Origin: the human T2T-CHM13v2.0 reference genome, Homo sapiens
Length of the DNA: 64,000 nt
NCBI RefSeq assembly: GCF_009914755.1
Contig: NC_060946.1
Direction: 5' to 3' (one strand)
Part shown: in pieces, positions 58,858 through 64,000 of the stretch
How positions within the stretch are numbered: position 1 is the stretch's first letter
Layout: each line of letters opens with the position of its first letter
Made by a program: the position numbers and the translations under genes
The notes under the pieces: generated by a model
Seen by the model: only the letters and a program-made list of their open reading frames with translations
Databases searched by the model: none
Told to the model about the DNA's origin: nothing

Positions 58858-61051
58858 TCACACCTGTAATCCCAGCACTTTGGGAGGCCTAGGTGAATCA
58901 CTTGAGCTCACAAGTTTGAAACCAGCCTGGGCAACATAGTGAAACCCCGTCTCTATAAAAATACAAAAATTAGGTTGGGTGTGGTGGCTCACCCCTGTAA
59001 TCCCAGCACTTTGGGAGGCTGAGGTGGGCGAATCACAAGGTGAGGAATTCGAGACCAGCCTGACCAACATGGTGAAACCCCGTCTCTACAAAAAATACAA
59101 AAACTAGCTGGGCATGCTGGCATGCACCTGTAATTTCAGCTACTTGGGAGGCTGAGGCAGGAGAATTACTTGAACCCGGAGGCAGAGGTTGCAGTGAGCT
59201 GAGACAGCGCCATTGCACTCCAGCCTGGGCGACAGAGCAAGACTCCATCTCCATAACAACAACAAAAAAAATTAGCTGCCATGGTGGTGCACACCCACAG
59301 TCCCAGCTATTTGGGAGGCTGATGTGGGAAGATGGCTTGAGGCCAGGAGGTGGAGGTTGCAGTGAACTAAGGTTGCAGTGAGCCTGGGAGGCAGAGTTTG
59401 CAGCACTGCACGCCAGCTCGGACGACGGAGCCAGACCTTGTCTCAAAAAAAATACCCCATCTCTAGAAAAAAATTAAAAAAATTAGCCAGGTGTGTTGGC
59501 GCATGCCCATAGTCCTAGCTACTTGGGAGGCTGAGGTGGGAGGATTGCTTTGGCCCCAGAAATTTGAGGCTGAAGTAAACAGTGATCATGTCACTGAATT
59601 ATAGCTTAGGCAACAGAATAAGACTGTCTCAAAAAAAAAAAGAGAGAGAAAGAGAAAGGAAGGAAGGGAGGGAGGGAGGGAGGGAAGGAAGGAAGGAAGG
59701 AAGGAAAAGAAAAGAAAAACATCCCCAAACTGCAGAAAACCCCTGTGTGCTCTTCAATCACTTATTTTTCCCCTCCCCCAAGTAAATACTATTCTAAGCT
59801 TGATGTTTATTATTCTCATGTAATTCTTTATAATTTTATTACATGCATACGTATGGCCTAACAAGAAGTGGTATTGTTTTGCATGTGTGTACAGCTTATT
59901 TATTTATTTATTTATTTGAGACAGAGTGAGACTCTCGCCCAGGCTGGAGGCAGTGGCTCTATCTTGGCCCACTGCAACCTCCGTCTCCCAGGTTCAAGCG
60001 ATTCTCATGCCTCAGCCTCCTAAGTACCTGGGACCACAGGTGCCTGTCACCACGTCTAGCTAATTTTTGTATTTTTAGTAGAGATGGGGTTTCATCATGT
60101 TGCCCTGGCTGGTCTTGAACTCCTGGGCTCAAGCAATTCACCCACCTCGGCCTCCCAAAGTGTTTGGATTACAGGTGTGAACCAGCACAGTCGGCTGACT
60201 TTAATCTTCTTGAAGTTGATTTTTGTGTATGTTGTGATGCAGGAATCTTCCCCTGACACACACACTTTTTTTTTTCTATGTGGATAACTAGTTGTTCAAT
60301 AATCAATGGCAGAGCCAGGCATGGTGGCATGTGCCCATAGCTCCAGCTACTTAAGAGGCCGAGGTAAGAGGATTCATCGAGCCCAGGAGTTCGGGGCTGC
60401 AGTGAGCCATGATCACACCACTGCACTCCAACCTGAGAGTCAGAGGGAGGCCCTGTCTCAAAAATAAAAAAATAAAATAAAAGGAAAAAAAGAAAAAAGG
60501 AAAAAAAATCAATGGCAATTGATTAATATCATTTCCCTACTTAAAACCATCCTGTGGCTGTCCCATCTTCTTGTCTTGGTCTGTTAGGGTTGCACAACTT
60601 GCCCCGACCACCCTACCCCTGCCAGCCCCCTGCCACCTCACCTCTCATTGCTCTCCTGTTCTCCAGCCACAAGTACCTTGACCTTCCTTCACTTCTAAAG
60701 GGCTGGGCTCTCTATCCTTCACTGATTTTTTTGTTTTGTTTTGTTTTGGAGATGTAGTCTTGCTCTGTCACCCAGGCTGGAGTGCAGTGGTGCAATCTTG
60801 GCTCACTGCAACCTCTGCCTCCCGGGTTCAAGCAATTCTCTGCCTCAGCCTCCCGAGTAGCTGGGATTACAGGCACCTGCCACCATGCCTGGCTAAGTTT
60901 TGTATTTTTAGTAGATACAGGGTTTAGCCATCTTTGCCCGACTGATCTTGAACTCCTGACCTTGTGATCCACCCACTTCAGCCTCCCAAAGTGCGGGGAT
61001 TACAGGCATGAGCCACCACACCTGGACTGCTGATTTTGTTTTTACTACCTA

Positions 61052-61948
<897 letters not shown>

Positions 61949-62789
61949 GGCAGGAAGCTGGAGCGGGGAGCAGCAAAGTCAGGGGACAGGGAGCCCAGAC
62001 TAGAGGCTGGAGAAGACCAGGCATGTAGCAGGATGAGGCGTGCTCACCTCCCACACGCACCAGGAGCAGGGCAGTCCTCTTACTCATAGGCAGGTCCATT
62101 CCCCCAGGGCTAGGAGGATGGGGTCTCTACCTTCACTATTTTCTTTAGAAAGAAGAAAGAAAGAAGAAAGATAGTGATGGCGGTAAGGACAACAGGGCCC
62201 TCGGGGGCACATGGCTATGCTGTGGCCTGGAGAGAGGCAGACTCTTCTCAGAGGAGGCTAAGGGCCTCTGGCTAGAGCATGGCTACAAGCAAGGTGGCTA
62301 ACATGAAGAGACCATGGTGCAGAGGCAGATGCCAGCAGGCTAAAGGACAATTCTGGAATGGGGCAGTGGGAGGGGTCCTGTGTCTTTGGGCTTCTTTGAT
62401 CCCTGAGACACTTTGGACGGGACAGAGCCTTGGCCACCAACGGGGTCATGTCTGTTTAAACAAAATTTAACACAGGAGGTAAATCATTAACTCATTGAAG
62501 AAACAAACAGGAGTGCAGGCCATATCTCTAGCACCAGGATTCAAGAGCCACGGGGATGTTAAGAACTCCTGAATATCAGAAGTGGCTGCCACTCATGGCT
62601 TCTGTAAGTGAGTGAAAGCATTTGGTGAGCACCTTCTATAAGCAAGTCTTCGTGCCAGGTGCTGTGGGAACAGATGCATGAAGAGGCTCAGAGTCTGACC
62701 TGAGCTTGGAGCTGGGGGAATACGAGCTCACAGCCATTGTGAGCATGCCCATGCCTGTCTCCAGGCCCACCACGGCCCATCCATCATCT

Positions 62790-62910
62790 CATGTAATTCT
62801 CATGCCTCTGAGGTAGGGCAAGGATTGCCTGCATTTCATAGACAAGGAAACCCAAGCTCAGAGAGGGAGAGCAACTTGCCTCGGCCACACAGCTTGTCAG
62901 TGGTGGAGAA
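62790..62910 (-). mobile_element. MIR
   Basis: CATTTCATAGACAAGGAAACCCAAGCTCAGAGAGG...AACTTGCCTCGGCCACACAGCT. Confidence 0.75.
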
Positions 62911-63129
62911 AAATAAACAGGAGCTGGCTTTTGCAGAAAGGGGAAGAAATTGTTAGGGTTCAAGGATGTGTTTAGGAACTTAAGGGCAGGAAGCACAACT
63001 TCCTGAAAGACAGGAGCCAGGTCCAGCAAAGCCATCAGGAGGCAAGGCAGCCACTGACCCTGTCTGGGACCATAGAGTCTCCCAATTCTACTTCTCATGG
63101 AAGATTTATTTTATTCTTCCCTCTATTTG

Positions 63130-63350
63130 AAGGTTAAGAGCAAGGGTTCTGGCATCTGATCTGGGTCCAGTCCTGGCTTCACCATTTATTACCTCTGTGA
63201 TCTCAGGCAAGCCTACTTCCCCACCTACAAAACAGGGATACCACAGTCCCCAGGTAAGGATCACAGGAGAAAACATGGGCAAAGCCATTGGCACAGTGCC
63301 TGGCACATAATATATGCTCAATAAAACCCAAGTTGCTATTATCATTTTAC
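63130..63350 (+). mobile_element. MIR
   Basis: CTGGGTCCAGTCCTGGCTTCACCATTT...GTGATCTCAGGCAAG...CAGTGCCTGGCACATAATATATGCTCAATAAA. Confidence 0.8.
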
Positions 63351-63679
63351 TAGTAGGAAACAGCCTCCCCAAGCCTCCCAGCTCCACAAACACCCATCAA
63401 CTCACTAGCACCCTCCTTCTGACTTCTTCAGCCAGAAGAAGCAACTATTGCAAGTTGGTATAGCAACTATACCAACTATAGCAAGGGAGAGAGGGAGGGT
63501 CATTTCATTCAAACACAGTTTCAGGTATGTGTGGACTAGTTTGAAGAAAAGTGGAGGCCTGAGAAGTTAAGTAGACTAGTCAAAAGGTTTCTGTGACAGG
63601 AATTTCAACTGCAGGGTCTTGTGATCAACCTTCCCAATTCCTCCATCATGAACACTTGGGGTATCAGGGAGGGCAGTCA

Positions 63680-63934
<255 letters not shown>

Positions 63935-64000
63935 CTACAAAAAATAAAAAAAATTAACCAGACTTGATGGCATACTGAGATGGCAGTCCCAGGTACTTGG

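Overview
Primate (most likely human or another ape) non-coding DNA with very high Alu density. My hand count is roughly 110 Alu copies or fragments, about 45% of the bases. I recognise no intact protein-coding exon, CpG island or structural RNA gene, and nearly all ORFs in the track are Alu, L1 or simple-repeat translations. The one gene-derived element is a processed pseudogene of BBLN/C9orf16 (minus strand, 32871-33523). It has an 11-bp target-site duplication (TSD) and is inserted in an old MaLR LTR. Other recognisable elements: a MER9 solo LTR nested in an Alu and carrying an AluY; an LTR10-family solo LTR with p53-type half sites; two LTR16-family LTRs; MLT1 LTRs; MER20, MER94, MER53, MER3 and Tigger3a DNA transposons; an Alu-L1PA ORF2 chimera; and a ~520-bp G-rich minisatellite. 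The features least explained by ordinary repeats are a ~320-bp, ~89%-identical inverted duplication of largely non-repeat sequence (10096-10412 / 11987-12308), a ~155-bp direct duplication bracketing a CTCF motif, and a divergent pair of CTCF motifs (26.9 kb and 53.1 kb). Family assignments come from recalled consensus sequences, not a database search. I see no clear evidence of a wholly new multi-gene system.
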